Source: Mucilaginibacter sp. (GTDB taxonomy: Bacteria; Bacteroidota; Bacteroidia; Sphingobacteriales; Sphingobacteriaceae). Taken from it: 64,000 nucleotides of DNA. Location of the stretch: the NCBI GenBank assembly GCA_028288305.1, contig JAQBOA010000056.1, positions 54,026-118,025 of the forward strand, written 5' to 3'. The position numbers and the translations under genes are program-made. The notes below the pieces were generated by a model. The model ran no database searches and was not told where the DNA came from. It saw only the letters and a program-made list of their open reading frames with translations. Below are positions 30,256 through 40,774 of the stretch, piece by piece (position 1 is the stretch's first letter; every line of letters begins with the position of its first letter).

Positions 30256-31356
30256 ATGTACGATAAATATAAAATACTAACTATTGCATCTGCTCTTTTT
30301 ATTTCGGGTTTTGCTTTGCAAGGCTGTCACCATGCGGCGGAAAACCAGGAAAAAGACACACGGTTCCAGGTTACTGATAGCTTGCTAAACAGTGTGTTAA
30401 TTGATACTGTGAAAGAAGCCAGTGCACTTACACAAATTACTCTTACAGGCAGTATAGCTCCTGATGAAAATAAAATGGTAAAGGTTTTCCCTATGGTTAG
30501 CGGTGTAGCGCAGGATGTTCATGTACAGCTTGGTGATGTAGTACAAAAGGGACAAACACTTGCTATTTTGAAAAGCGCTGAAATGGCTGCTTTTACCAAA
30601 GATTATATTTCATCAGAAGCTGATATCAGGAATACCCGGCGTATTCTTGAATCAACGCAGGATATGTATAAAAGCGGCCTGGCCTCGCAAAAAGACCTTG
30701 AACAGGCACAGTCTGACTATCAAAAAGCCGTTGCGGAAGGTAAGCGTGCCGGAGCTGTTATCCAGATTAATAAAAGTAATGGGAAAGGGTATGAAGTTAA
30801 AACGCCAATAACCGGCTTTGTTGTAGAGAGGAACCTAATTAACAATACCCAGGTAAGGGCCGATAATGGTCAAAACCTGTTCACCATTGCCGATTTGTCT
30901 ACTGTATATGTATTAGTTAATGTTTATGAATCGGACATTTCCAAAATCCAAACCGGCGACCCGGTAAAAATCACCACTCTATCATATCCTGATAAAGTAT
31001 TTGACGGGAAAATAGATAAAATTGATAACATGCTCGACCCTGATAATAAAGTGATGCATGCAAGGATTAAAATTAATAACCCCGGCAATTTACTTAAGCC
31101 TCAGATGTTTGCAAATATTTTAATAAAGGCAAAATCTGGCGAGGATCTTCCGTTTATAAATTCAAATGCATTGGTGTTTGATAATGATAAAAATTATGTG
31201 ATTGTAGCTGATGGCAGTAAAGCTAAGGTGCACATCCAGCCGGTTGAAATTGCTAAAACTGTTGAAGACAGAGCTTATATAAGTAAAGGTTTAAAACCCG
31301 GAGACCGTATTATAGCTTCAAGACAAGTTTACCTGTATGAATCATTAAAAGACTAA
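30256..31356 (+). CDS. RND efflux membrane fusion protein (CzcB-like)
   Basis: Lipoprotein signal, GDVVQKGQTLA lipoyl motif, VKTPITGFV, LFTIADLS. Confidence 0.92.
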   Translation: MYDKYKILTIASALFISGFALQGCHHAAENQEKDTRFQVTDSLLNSVLIDTVKEASALTQITLTGSIAPDENKMVKVFPMVSGVAQDVHVQLGDVVQKGQTLAILKSAEMAAFTKDYISSEADIRNTRRILESTQDMYKSGLASQKDLEQAQSDYQKAVAEGKRAGAVIQINKSNGKGYEVKTPITGFVVERNLINNTQVRADNGQNLFTIADLSTVYVLVNVYESDISKIQTGDPVKITTLSYPDKVFDGKIDKIDNMLDPDNKVMHARIKINNPGNLLKPQMFANILIKAKSGEDLPFINSNALVFDNDKNYVIVADGSKAKVHIQPVEIAKTVEDRAYISKGLKPGDRIIASRQVYLYESLKD

Positions 31357-31361
31357 AAGAG

Positions 31362-31467
31362 ATTTCGGATTTCGGAATTTCGATTTCGGATTTCAGATAT
31401 AGGTTTACACCAATTAGGAACGATAGTAAAAAAATAATTTCGAAATCGAACATTCGATATCCGACAT
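31362..31467. repeat. Inverted heptamer tandem array (ATTTCGG/ATCCGAA-like)
   Basis: ATTTCGG ATTTCGG AATTTCG ATTTCGG ATTTCAG ... AATTTCG AAATCGA ACATTCG ATATCCG. Confidence 0.8.
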
Positions 31468-31476
31468 AAATAAAGC

Positions 31477-34400
31477 ATGAATCGATTTATAAAAAATATT
31501 CTTTCATTCGCACTCAGAAACAGGTTTTTCATTTTTTTTGTGACAGCCCTGCTTGCAGTTGCCGGTTATATAAGTTTTAAAACCATCAGTATTGATGCCT
31601 TTCCGGATGTTACCAATACATCCGTAACTATAATAACACAATGGCCCGGAAGAAGCGCAGAAGAAGTTGAAAAATTTGTTACCCGCCCCATTGAAATTGC
31701 CATGAATCCTGCTGAGAAAAAGACCAGCATCAGGTCGTCTTCTCTTTTTGGCCTTTCGGTAGTGAAAATAACATTTGATGATGAGGTTGACTACGCATTT
31801 GCGCGTTTGCAAATTAACAATCACATTGGTGATGCTAACTTACCCGATGGTGTAAATCCTTCCATTCAACCACCATATGGGCCAACAGGTGAAATATACC
31901 GCTTTACTTTAACCAGTAACCGTAAATCAGCCCGTGAATTAAAAACAATTGAAGATTGGGTGGTTGAACGCGAAATACGGGCTGTACCTGGCATAGCTGA
32001 TGTAAACAGTTTTGGTGGTGAAGTGAAAACCTACCAAATAACAGTTGATCCTGAAAAGGCTGTACAATATAATGTAACGCCATTGCAGGTATACGAGGCA
32101 GTATCAAAAAGCAACGTTAATGTGGGTGGTGATGTAATTCAACAAAGCGGACAGGCTTATGTTGTACGAGGAATCGGCTTGCTGAATAATATTGATGAGA
32201 TTAAGAATATTGTTATAAACAATATAAAAGGGACTCCGATATATGTAAAAACTATAGCTGAGGTTACGGAATCCGCGCTGCCCAGGCTTGGGCAAGTGGG
32301 CCGTGGTAAGGACCCGGATGTTATTGAAGGTATAGTGGTAATGCGCAAAGGTGAAAACCCAAGCGTAGTTATTAAAAATCTGAAAACAAAAATCCAGGAA
32401 CTTAATAATAAGATTTTGCCTGATGATGTTAAGCTTAGTACCTTTTATGACCGTGAAACCCTGGTAAACTTTGCAACCAATACAGTGTTACATAACATGA
32501 CCGAAGGTATAATCTTTGTTACGGTTATCGTCTTCTTATTTATGGCCGATTGGCGTACTACTCTCATCGTATCACTCATTATTCCGCTTGCCCTTTTATT
32601 TGCATTTATCTGTTTAAAGCTAAAAGGAATGTCGGCAAACCTGCTATCAATGGGCGCTATAGATTTCGGGATCATTATTGATGGTGCAGTGGTAATGGTA
32701 GAAGGGATTTTTGTAGTGCTGGACAGTAAAGCCAAAGAAGTTGGTATGGCACAATATAACCGTTTAAGTAAACTTGGCTTAATTAAAAGGGCTTGCCTGG
32801 TAAACGGCAAGGGTATATTTTTTGCTAAACTCATTATTATTACCGGCTTACTGCCGATTTTCAGCTTTGAGAAGGTTGAAGGTAAAATGTTTTCGCCTTT
32901 AGCATGGACGCTTGGTTTCGCTTTACTTGGTGCAGTTATTTTAACATTCACTTTCGTGCCTGCTTTAGCCAGCGTACTGCTTAATAAAGACGTTAAAGAA
33001 AAGCATAATGTATTTGTTGAGTTTATCACGAAGAACGCTATGAAGTTTTACTCATTTTGCTTCAAGGCCAGAAAAGTAGTTTTTCCGGTTGCCATAATTT
33101 CTCTGGTTATCAGTCTGTTCTGCTTTACATTTTTAGGAACTGAGTTTTTACCCGAACTAAATGAAGGGGCTATCTATGTACGTGCCACAGGTCCGTTAAG
33201 TATTTCATTAAAAGAATCGGTTAAGCTGGCAAACGAAATGCGCAATATATTTTTAAGCTTTGATGAAGTAAAACAAGTATTATCGCAAACTGGCAGGCCT
33301 AATGACGGTACTGATGCCACAGGATTTTATAATATAGAGTTCCATGTGGATATTTACCCGGAAGATCAGTGGAAAAGAAAGGAAACTAAAGAGGAACTTA
33401 TTGAACGGATGCAGGAAAAGCTAAAATATATTCCTGGCATTGATATAAACTTTTCTCAACCAATATCTGATAACGTTGAAGAAGCGGTATCAGGAGTTAA
33501 GGGATCCATTGTTGTAAAGATGTTTGGGGATGATTATAAGTTTATCGAAAAAAACGAGCAAAGCATATATTCTATATTAAAAGGCGTAAAAGGCATTGAG
33601 GATTTAGGCATACTTCACGATGTAGGGCAGCCCGAGTTACAAATAGATCTTAACCAGCAAAAAATGGCTCAATATGGCGTAACTGCTGCAGATGCAAACG
33701 CCGTGATTGAGATGGCCATTGGCGGCAAAGCTGCAACCCAGATATACGAAGGTGAGCGTAAATTTGATCTCCGTATACGGTACCCTGAGGATTTCAGGAA
33801 CAATGAAGAATCAATAGGCGACTTACGTGTACCAACACTTAACAACAATACTGTACCCCTGCGTGAAATTGCCAGTATTAAAAAAATTACTGGGATTAGT
33901 ATGATCTACCGTGATGATCACAAGCGTTATGGCGCAATTAAATTTTCTATAAGGGGCAGAGATATGGGTAGCACTGTAAATGAAGCCCAGAATAAAGTAA
34001 ATGCTCAAATAAAACTGCCAAAAGGGTATTCTTTGCAATGGGCAGGTGACTTCGAAAATCAGCAGCGGGCTACTAAAAGATTAAGCCAGGTAGTACCTAT
34101 CAGCTTGCTCATTATTTTCTTTATTTTATTTATACTGTTTGGAAATTTCAGGGATTCCCTGCTTGTACTTAACAATGTGCCATTCGCTATTATGGGCGGT
34201 ATACTGGCGTTGCTTATAACCGGAATTAACTTCAATATTTCGGCAGGTATTGGATTTATTGCTTTGTTCGGTATTTGTGTACAAAACGGGGTAATCTTAA
34301 TCACGAAATTCAAAAGCAATATTTTTGAATTAAAACATCACACTACCTGGACATCATTTGCAGTTGCTATAAGGGCAGGTGTAGCTGACCGCTTACGGCC

Positions 34401-34608
34401 TGTAGTAATGACAGCATTGATGGCTGCAATAGGTTTATTACCGGCTGCAATGTCACACGGTATAGGGTCTGAAGCATCAAAACCATTGGCTATTGTAGTA
34501 ATAGGCGGACTCATAACCAACACCATATTCAATTTATTCATTTTCCCTATTGTGTTTTTCTGGTCATACCGCAAAAGAGTTGAAAGCGGTCTCGTAAACC
34601 GGATTTGA
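31477..34608 (+). CDS. CusA/CzcA-family heavy-metal RND efflux pump
   Basis: IDAFPDVTN, GAIDFGIIIDGAVVMVE, RLRPVVMTA, GSEASKPLAIVVIGG. Confidence 0.95.
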   Translation: MNRFIKNILSFALRNRFFIFFVTALLAVAGYISFKTISIDAFPDVTNTSVTIITQWPGRSAEEVEKFVTRPIEIAMNPAEKKTSIRSSSLFGLSVVKITFDDEVDYAFARLQINNHIGDANLPDGVNPSIQPPYGPTGEIYRFTLTSNRKSARELKTIEDWVVEREIRAVPGIADVNSFGGEVKTYQITVDPEKAVQYNVTPLQVYEAVSKSNVNVGGDVIQQSGQAYVVRGIGLLNNIDEIKNIVINNIKGTPIYVKTIAEVTESALPRLGQVGRGKDPDVIEGIVVMRKGENPSVVIKNLKTKIQELNNKILPDDVKLSTFYDRETLVNFATNTVLHNMTEGIIFVTVIVFLFMADWRTTLIVSLIIPLALLFAFICLKLKGMSANLLSMGAIDFGIIIDGAVVMVEGIFVVLDSKAKEVGMAQYNRLSKLGLIKRACLVNGKGIFFAKLIIITGLLPIFSFEKVEGKMFSPLAWTLGFALLGAVILTFTFVPALASVLLNKDVKEKHNVFVEFITKNAMKFYSFCFKARKVVFPVAIISLVISLFCFTFLGTEFLPELNEGAIYVRATGPLSISLKESVKLANEMRNIFLSFDEVKQVLSQTGRPNDGTDATGFYNIEFHVDIYPEDQWKRKETKEELIERMQEKLKYIPGIDINFSQPISDNVEEAVSGVKGSIVVKMFGDDYKFIEKNEQSIYSILKGVKGIEDLGILHDVGQPELQIDLNQQKMAQYGVTAADANAVIEMAIGGKAATQIYEGERKFDLRIRYPEDFRNNEESIGDLRVPTLNNNTVPLREIASIKKITGISMIYRDDHKRYGAIKFSIRGRDMGSTVNEAQNKVNAQIKLPKGYSLQWAGDFENQQRATKRLSQVVPISLLIIFFILFILFGNFRDSLLVLNNVPFAIMGGILALLITGINFNISAGIGFIALFGICVQNGVILITKFKSNIFELKHHTTWTSFAVAIRAGVADRLRPVVMTALMAAIGLLPAAMSHGIGSEASKPLAIVVIGGLITNTIFNLFIFPIVFFWSYRKRVESGLVNRI

Positions 34609-34650
34609 TTAAAATGACTGATACCCCTGTTTCATATATTTTTTGTTGAA

Positions 34651-34676
34651 GGCAGTGCAGCATAGCTGCACTTGCC
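34651..34676. terminator. Hairpin between convergent RND and VOC genes
   Basis: GGCAGTGCAGC-ATA-GCTGCACTTGCC. Confidence 0.5.
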
Positions 34677-34753
34677 GGATACAATAAGTCTTTACCAAAT
34701 GGCTTTTGGTTATCTGTTTTCAAATCTTATTTTGAACTGAACTGACCAATCTT

Positions 34754-35179
34754 CTATGCCTGGTGTTGATTCATATAACTAAGCATCCACTGAATACCAA
34801 ACTGATCGGTTACCATTCCAAAAAATGCTCCCCAAAATTGATGACCCAGCGGCATTGTGACTATGCCACCTTCAGACAGACGATTAAACACCCTGGTAGT
34901 TTCTTCCTCACTACTGGTATCCAATGTTACCATAAAATTATTCCCTGCATTAACAGTTCCTCTACCCTGCGGCATATCCATACCCATTAATACCGAGTTG
35001 CCTACAGGTAAAGCCGCATGCAGGACTTTTTCACCCTCTTCCGCAGACATTGGAGGAGCACCCGGCATTTCTTTCATGCGTTGAAAATTGATGAAGTCTC
35101 CGCCAAATATGGATTTGTAAAAATTCAAAGCAGCTTCTGTCTTTCCATTGAAGATTATTGTAATATTAATTGCTTTCAT
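34754..35179 (-). CDS. VOC/PhnB-family protein
   Basis: FNGKTEAALNFY, VLHAAL, LSEGG, FWGAFFGMVTDQFGIQWM. Confidence 0.92.
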   Translation of the reverse strand: MKAINITIIFNGKTEAALNFYKSIFGGDFINFQRMKEMPGAPPMSAEEGEKVLHAALPVGNSVLMGMDMPQGRGTVNAGNNFMVTLDTSSEEETTRVFNRLSEGGIVTMPLGHQFWGAFFGMVTDQFGIQWMLSYMNQHQA

Positions 35180-35395
35180 TTTTAATTGGTTTTATTTATC
35201 AAATATACTTCAGGCGCGATAGATTTGATGGGGGATTTCATGACCTTTTTAGGGGTATTTAATGACAAAATAAAAAAGCGGATTCTGGTTTCTTATTTTG
35301 TTGCTACTTACCATCAAATTGAATTGAAAAATAAAATGCAAAAAAGCCGTGCAATACCCAAAAAAAATGTTTTTTTGAAGAAAAAATAGGATTAA

Positions 35396-36199
35396 ATGGC
35401 TCATTTATTTTTATCATCCGGAATTATATTGTTAACTGCAATACATGGCCTTTATGCCGATTTATTTTTATTGGCCGCAGGTTTATTGGCAGGAATATTC
35501 AATGCAGTTGCGGGCGGCGGTACATTTATAAGCATGCCGGTGCTTATTTATGCAGGTTTACCATCTGTTGCTGCAAATGCATCGAGTACGGTTGCTTTAT
35601 TCCCCGGAAGCCTTGCCAGCATATATGCTTATCGCGAGGATTTTAAAAGTTTTGAAAATGTCTCCTTAAAAAACCTCATCCAGATTTCCCTTGTCGGTGG
35701 TTGTATTGGTGCAGTATTGTTGCTTTTTACTCCCTCACAAAATTTCGATAAAATAATTCCCTGGCTTGTATTAACAGGTGCCCTGATGTTTATTTTTGGG
35801 AGGCAGATTTCCAGGCTGCTGCAAAACAAGTTTAAGCTAAATAAATGGGTTCTATTTTCCCTGCAATTTATATTAGGAATATATGGTGGCTATTTTGGAG
35901 GCGGAGCAGGTATAATGATGATGGCGGTATGGAGTATGTTGGGACTCACCGATATTAAATTAATAAACGTAAATAAAACTTTATTAGTTGGAGCAGCCAA
36001 TTCAGTTGCCGTAGTTATTTTTATTTTCTCGGGGAAAATATATTGGATGCAAACATGTATAATGCTTGTGGCGGCTATTATTGGCGGTTATATTGGCGCT
36101 TCTTACGCACGCAGGTTAAATCAAGACGTTTTAAGAGGAGTAATAAGTTTCCTGATTGTTTTGATCACTGTATTTTTCTTTTACCGGGCTTACAGGTAG
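35396..36199 (+). CDS. TauE/SafE-family exporter
   Basis: NAVAGGGTF, ANASSTVAL, GIYGGYFGGGAG. Confidence 0.9.
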   Translation: MAHLFLSSGIILLTAIHGLYADLFLLAAGLLAGIFNAVAGGGTFISMPVLIYAGLPSVAANASSTVALFPGSLASIYAYREDFKSFENVSLKNLIQISLVGGCIGAVLLLFTPSQNFDKIIPWLVLTGALMFIFGRQISRLLQNKFKLNKWVLFSLQFILGIYGGYFGGGAGIMMMAVWSMLGLTDIKLINVNKTLLVGAANSVAVVIFIFSGKIYWMQTCIMLVAAIIGGYIGASYARRLNQDVLRGVISFLIVLITVFFFYRAYR

Positions 36200-36320
36200 G
36201 AAGAGAGCTTCCACCCGCTAACATTCTGTAAATCCTCAAATCCTGTAAATCCTGATTCAAACAATAAGAAGATACTTCACAAGCCTATCAGCCTCAAGGT
36301 AGAAACACCTTAGTTCCCAA

Positions 36321-37565
36321 TTATAACCACAACGATAGTATCGCCGCCAAAAGTGCAGGAATCATAACCAGGAAACCAAGTTTCAGGAAGCTCCAGGCGC
36401 TAACGTATTGCCCTTCACGCCGTAAGGCCACCAACCATAGTATGGTAGCAAGGGAACCTGTTATGGAAAGGTTCGGCCCAAGATCAACTCCAATCAGGAT
36501 AGCACTTTTTACAATTTCGGGTACGTGGCCGGCCTGCACGGTATTACCTGCAATAAGGCCAACCGGCAGGTTATTCATCAGGTTACTGGCAAATGCAATA
36601 ACAAAGCCGCTTCCCCAGGTAGCGCCGGTAACTGAATGAGCCGCACTTTGATGCAGCATAGTTGTTAGGGTTTTTATTAATCCTGTTTTATTTAATGCCT
36701 CAACAATTATAAATAATCCGGCAACGAGCGGAATAACAGACCATGAAACGCCTTTTATAACAACCCATGGATTTTTCTTTGCCCGTATAATCACAATTGC
36801 TGATGTTAATATCCCGGTAATGGCTGTAGGCATGCCAAGCTGCACATTAAACGCTGAGGCAACAAGCAAAATAATCGCTGTCGCCACAATCCCTAATATG
36901 GCTGTCCGGCCACCTTCAGAAAGGGCCGGCACCGGAATATTACGCTCAATTTTCTGTTTTAACACATTTCGCTGAGTAAATCGAAGCATCAAATAGGTAA
37001 CAGTAATCGCAAAAATCGATGGCAAAATATATTTGGGCAGCCATTGCAATAAAGGAGGCATATGGCTGCCATAAATTACCAGGTTAGCAGGGTTTGAAAT
37101 TGGCAGAACAAAAGAAGCGGCGTTCGCAATAAATGCACAAATAAGCAAGTAGGGCAACGGTTTCTCTACCTTAGCCGCTTTAACCGATGCAGCCACAGCC
37201 GGTGTCAGCACAACAGCAGTGGCATCATTGGATAAAAATACGGTGACCACAATTCCAACCAGGTAAATTAAAAGAAATAAGCTATCCGGATTTCCTTTGG
37301 CCAGTTTGGTTGCATGTGCTGCCAGCCAATCGAAAAGCTTCTCTTCCCTTGCGGTTTCTGCCAGCAGCATCATGCCCGTCAAAAACAGGTAAACATCAGT
37401 ACCTTTTATAATACCTGTTAAGCCCTCAGATGGTAAAATGAGACCTGAAACAATTAACAAAACTGCACCTGCTACAGCCCAAATTGCTTCTGATACCTTG
37501 AAAGGACGAATGATTACACCGGCTATAGCTAAAAATGAGATTATCCAAACGGCGATATGGTACAT
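36321..37565 (-). CDS. ArsB/NhaD-family permease
   Basis: LSNDATAVVLTP, SFVLPISNPANL, GVDLGPNLSITGSLATILW. Confidence 0.9.
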   Translation of the reverse strand: MYHIAVWIISFLAIAGVIIRPFKVSEAIWAVAGAVLLIVSGLILPSEGLTGIIKGTDVYLFLTGMMLLAETAREEKLFDWLAAHATKLAKGNPDSLFLLIYLVGIVVTVFLSNDATAVVLTPAVAASVKAAKVEKPLPYLLICAFIANAASFVLPISNPANLVIYGSHMPPLLQWLPKYILPSIFAITVTYLMLRFTQRNVLKQKIERNIPVPALSEGGRTAILGIVATAIILLVASAFNVQLGMPTAITGILTSAIVIIRAKKNPWVVIKGVSWSVIPLVAGLFIIVEALNKTGLIKTLTTMLHQSAAHSVTGATWGSGFVIAFASNLMNNLPVGLIAGNTVQAGHVPEIVKSAILIGVDLGPNLSITGSLATILWLVALRREGQYVSAWSFLKLGFLVMIPALLAAILSLWL

Positions 37566-37788
37566 ATTATAATTATAGCGCAGCGGCTAAGTGCAGATGA
37601 AAAATTGAAAAATTAGGCAAAACTACTTAAAAGCTTGAAAGTTTAGGTATGTCGATCTCTTGCATAATTCAGAAGGGCCAGAGTTTTTATCGTAATGATA
37701 GTTTCCCTGGCCCTTCACAAAAATTAAAGAAAATTTTAATAGAATAAGTGCGGCATGCTAATAAAGCGCCACAGACTATTTATGACCT

Positions 37789-38103
37789 TCAATCAGCGGG
37801 TTTATCCCTTAATTGAGATTTTTTGAGGAATACTCTGTGTCCTCTTTTATTTATATAATAATAACGGGAATCCTCATTTATATAAATGGTTTGTCCGTGA
37901 GGGCCTTGTTTGCCTTCATATCTTTTATCAACAACAGCTGCCGCACCTTTTGCGCCAAGCTCTGCTGTTTTATGACCAACTTTTTTTGCTGCATGGCCTA
38001 TTTTATGGCCAAGGCCCGTGTCTTTTTCGGTAGTTTGAGCGTGGCTTTGAGAAAAGGAAAGCATCCCCGCAGCAACCAGCGCAACTTTAATTACATTTTT
38101 CAT
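37789..38103 (-). CDS. Small secreted protein with PBCV basic-adaptor-like C-terminus
   Basis: Signal peptide ending HAQ; KQGPHGQTIYINEDSRYYYINKRGHRVFL motif. Confidence 0.65.
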   Translation of the reverse strand: MKNVIKVALVAAGMLSFSQSHAQTTEKDTGLGHKIGHAAKKVGHKTAELGAKGAAAVVDKRYEGKQGPHGQTIYINEDSRYYYINKRGHRVFLKKSQLRDKPAD

Positions 38104-38130
38104 GGTTTTTAATTAGTTAATATTAAAATA

Positions 38131-39144
38131 CTAACTCAATTGTTCGGCCAAATGTTTCATTTCCAGGACTGGAGGCCGTTTCTGATATAAAATGGCATAT
38201 ACGGCATCGCATATGGGTATATTAACTTTGTATTGTTTATTCACCTGGTGTAGGCAATTTACTGCATAATAACCTTCGGCTATCATATTCATCTCTAACT
38301 GAGCCGATTTTACAGTATATCCCTTACCAATCATATTGCCAAAAGTGCGGTTACGGCTAAATTGCGAATAAGCAGTAACCATCAAATCGCCCAGGTAGGC
38401 AGATTCCTTTATGTCGCGGTCTATTGGGTGTACGGCAGCAACAAAACGTTCCAGTTCGCGGATAGCATTGGATATTAAAACCGCCTGGAAATTATCGCCA
38501 TATCCAACTCCGTGACAAATACCGCTGGCAATGGCATAAATGTTTTTTAAAACCGCACCGTATTCCGTACCATAAATATCATCCGAAATAATGGTTTTAA
38601 TATACCTGGTACTGATCATCCCCGCAAATTCAGCAGCCAATTCAGTATCACGGGATGCAATGGTGAGATAGGACAGTTTTTCGAGCGCCACTTCTTCGGC
38701 ATGGCAAGGTCCGCTGATCACCACAAAATTTTCAAACGGAACGCCGAAATGCTGGTTCAAAAATTCACCGATAATTTGGTTTTCATCAGGCACAATGCCT
38801 TTTATAGCTGATATAATTTTTTTTCCGGCCAGATCTTCAGCACTTATACCTATCAATGCTTCCTTTAAAAACGCGGCAGGTACATTTAATAAAACAAAAT
38901 CGGCCTGTGCGATAAGTCCTTTTAAATCTGTCGAAATATTTTTTGCAGGTACATTAACCTCAACAGAACTGAGATAATTGGGATTATGCCTGAACTTATG
39001 GATATGCTCAACAGCACGTTCATTGCGCATCCACCAAAAAATTTCTTTTTCTGCAGCATTATCAGCAAGCATTTTAATATTTGCTGTAGCCCAGCTACCG
39101 CCGCCAACAACGGTGATCTTATTCTTTTGTTTAACCATTAACAA
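38131..39144 (-). CDS. gpsA: NAD(P)H-dependent glycerol-3-phosphate dehydrogenase
   Basis: GGGSWATA, ISAIKG, SGPCHAEEV, LKNIYAI, GDLMVTAYSQFSRNRTFG. Confidence 0.93.
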   Translation of the reverse strand: MLMVKQKNKITVVGGGSWATANIKMLADNAAEKEIFWWMRNERAVEHIHKFRHNPNYLSSVEVNVPAKNISTDLKGLIAQADFVLLNVPAAFLKEALIGISAEDLAGKKIISAIKGIVPDENQIIGEFLNQHFGVPFENFVVISGPCHAEEVALEKLSYLTIASRDTELAAEFAGMISTRYIKTIISDDIYGTEYGAVLKNIYAIASGICHGVGYGDNFQAVLISNAIRELERFVAAVHPIDRDIKESAYLGDLMVTAYSQFSRNRTFGNMIGKGYTVKSAQLEMNMIAEGYYAVNCLHQVNKQYKVNIPICDAVYAILYQKRPPVLEMKHLAEQLS

Positions 39145-39206
39145 TAAAAATGTCCTGCCAGGTTTAATTGACAGGAGGCAAATTTAATGAAATAGTTTGT
39201 TAGTTC

Positions 39207-39324
39207 AGTTTACGGTTGGCAGTTCACAGTTAGCAGCATAAAAAAAGTTACAGTTATCAGCTTGCAGCAGGCAAGTTTATAACACTTATGCAAACTGCCT
39301 ACTAAAAACTGCCCACTGAAATCT
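39207..39324. repeat. Inverted heptamer tandem array (AGTTAGC/GCCTACT-like)
   Basis: AGTTTAC GGTTGGC AGTTCAC AGTTAGC ... GCAAACT GCCTACT AAAAACT GCCCACT. Confidence 0.75.
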
Positions 39325-40657
39325 ACTTCCCGTCCCCAACAAATAATTTACCCTTATCCACCTTTTCAACCATCATATTATCCGTTAAAAGTTTTGTAAT
39401 TGTGGCAAACGGAGCCGATACTACCTCATCTCCGCTTTTTAAGCCGTATAATACCTGTATATAACTATCATCCTGTATCCCTGTTGTTACCTGTACCTGT
39501 TTTACTTTACCGGCTTTGTAAACAAATACATACTCTTTTACCGGGGCAATTATTTTAGGTTTATTATCGTCATTACCTTGCTTTTGCGGACCAGGAGCAG
39601 CTTTTTTCTCCTCGCGTGTCGTAACTGATTGAATTGGTACTGATAAAGATTTTGCATGACTGGTATTTATATCAACAGTAGCTGTAAGTCCCGGCCTGAA
39701 AGGTGAAGGATTTGCAGCAGTTTTAGCAAGCAGGTTTTTATACGATTGCGGGCTTATCCTTACCTTAACTGTAAAATTGGTCACCTGGTCGGCATTGGTA
39801 CCAACAACATTTGCCGAGCTGCCAATTTCTGTTACTACTCCTGTGAAATTTTTACCTGAAAAAGCGTCAACTTCAATTTTTGATGAATTGCCAAGTTGAA
39901 TCCGGTTAATATCATTTTCATTAACGTCAACATTTACATCTAACTGACTTAAGTCTGATATGGTCATGATCTCTGTACCGGCAAATTGTTGTGTTCCAAG
40001 CACGCGCTCACCCTTTTGGATTGATAATTTAGAAACCACCCCGTCAACAGGTGCATAAATAGTCGTTTTAGCAAGGTTATCAGCGGCTTCTTTTACTGAG
40101 GCTGATGATTGTGCAAGGCCATAAGTTGAACCTATTACATTTTGCTTTGCAGCTTCAAATGCAGCTTGCGCCCCTTCAAAGCTTGCTTTAGCTGCCTCAA
40201 ATTCTGCTGTAGTTATCACTTTGTTTTCATAAAGTGCTTTATCACGTTTATATATTGATGACTGGTTATCAAAAGTTGCCTGCGCTTGTTTCAGCATTTG
40301 GTTCGAGTTACCTATGCTTGCTTTTTGTGTATTATAGGAAGCCACAGCGCGGTCATATCCCGATTTCAATATATCCGGCCTTATTTTACAAAGCAGCTGC
40401 CCTTTTTTTACCACATCGCCTTCTTTTATAGGCAATTCAACAACCTCACCCGAAACTTCAGGGCTTATTTTAACTTCCACATGCGGTTTTATTTTTCCGC
40501 TGGCCGATACTGTCTCATTAATTTCTCTAACGGCAGCTTTTTCAGTAGCAACCTGGGTCTTTTTAGGTTTGCCTATGAGACCGGTCATATTAGCTACTAC
40601 GATCAATACGATCAGTACGCCTAATGAAATAAGAATATATTTTGTAGTTTTTCCCAT
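39323..40657 (-). CDS. Efflux membrane fusion protein (MacA/HlyD-like)
   Basis: SASGKI, EGDVVKKGQLL, IYAPVDGVV, PFRPGLTATVDI. Confidence 0.92.
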   Translation of the reverse strand: MGKTTKYILISLGVLIVLIVVANMTGLIGKPKKTQVATEKAAVREINETVSASGKIKPHVEVKISPEVSGEVVELPIKEGDVVKKGQLLCKIRPDILKSGYDRAVASYNTQKASIGNSNQMLKQAQATFDNQSSIYKRDKALYENKVITTAEFEAAKASFEGAQAAFEAAKQNVIGSTYGLAQSSASVKEAADNLAKTTIYAPVDGVVSKLSIQKGERVLGTQQFAGTEIMTISDLSQLDVNVDVNENDINRIQLGNSSKIEVDAFSGKNFTGVVTEIGSSANVVGTNADQVTNFTVKVRISPQSYKNLLAKTAANPSPFRPGLTATVDINTSHAKSLSVPIQSVTTREEKKAAPGPQKQGNDDNKPKIIAPVKEYVFVYKAGKVKQVQVTTGIQDDSYIQVLYGLKSGDEVVSAPFATITKLLTDNMMVEKVDKGKLFVGDGK

Positions 40658-40667
40658 GATTCTTTTT

Positions 40668-40774
40668 TATTTCGGATTTCGAATGTTCGATTTCGGATTT
40701 ATTTTAATTTCCGATTTATTTCTTAATTTTTGTCTTTTAATTTGTCATCTGCAAATTCGCACATCTGCACATCT
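40668..40774. repeat. Short tandem arrays (TTTCGGA heptamers; CATCTGCA octamers)
   Basis: TTTCGGA TTTCGAA TGTTCGA TTTCGGA; CATCTGCA AATTCGCA CATCTGCA. Confidence 0.7.

Noticed and set aside
37566-37788. Riboswitch (e.g. fluoride) upstream of the ArsB-like permease
   Set aside because: Only a GAAGGGCCAG/CTGGCCCTTC hairpin is seen; no recognisable aptamer consensus.
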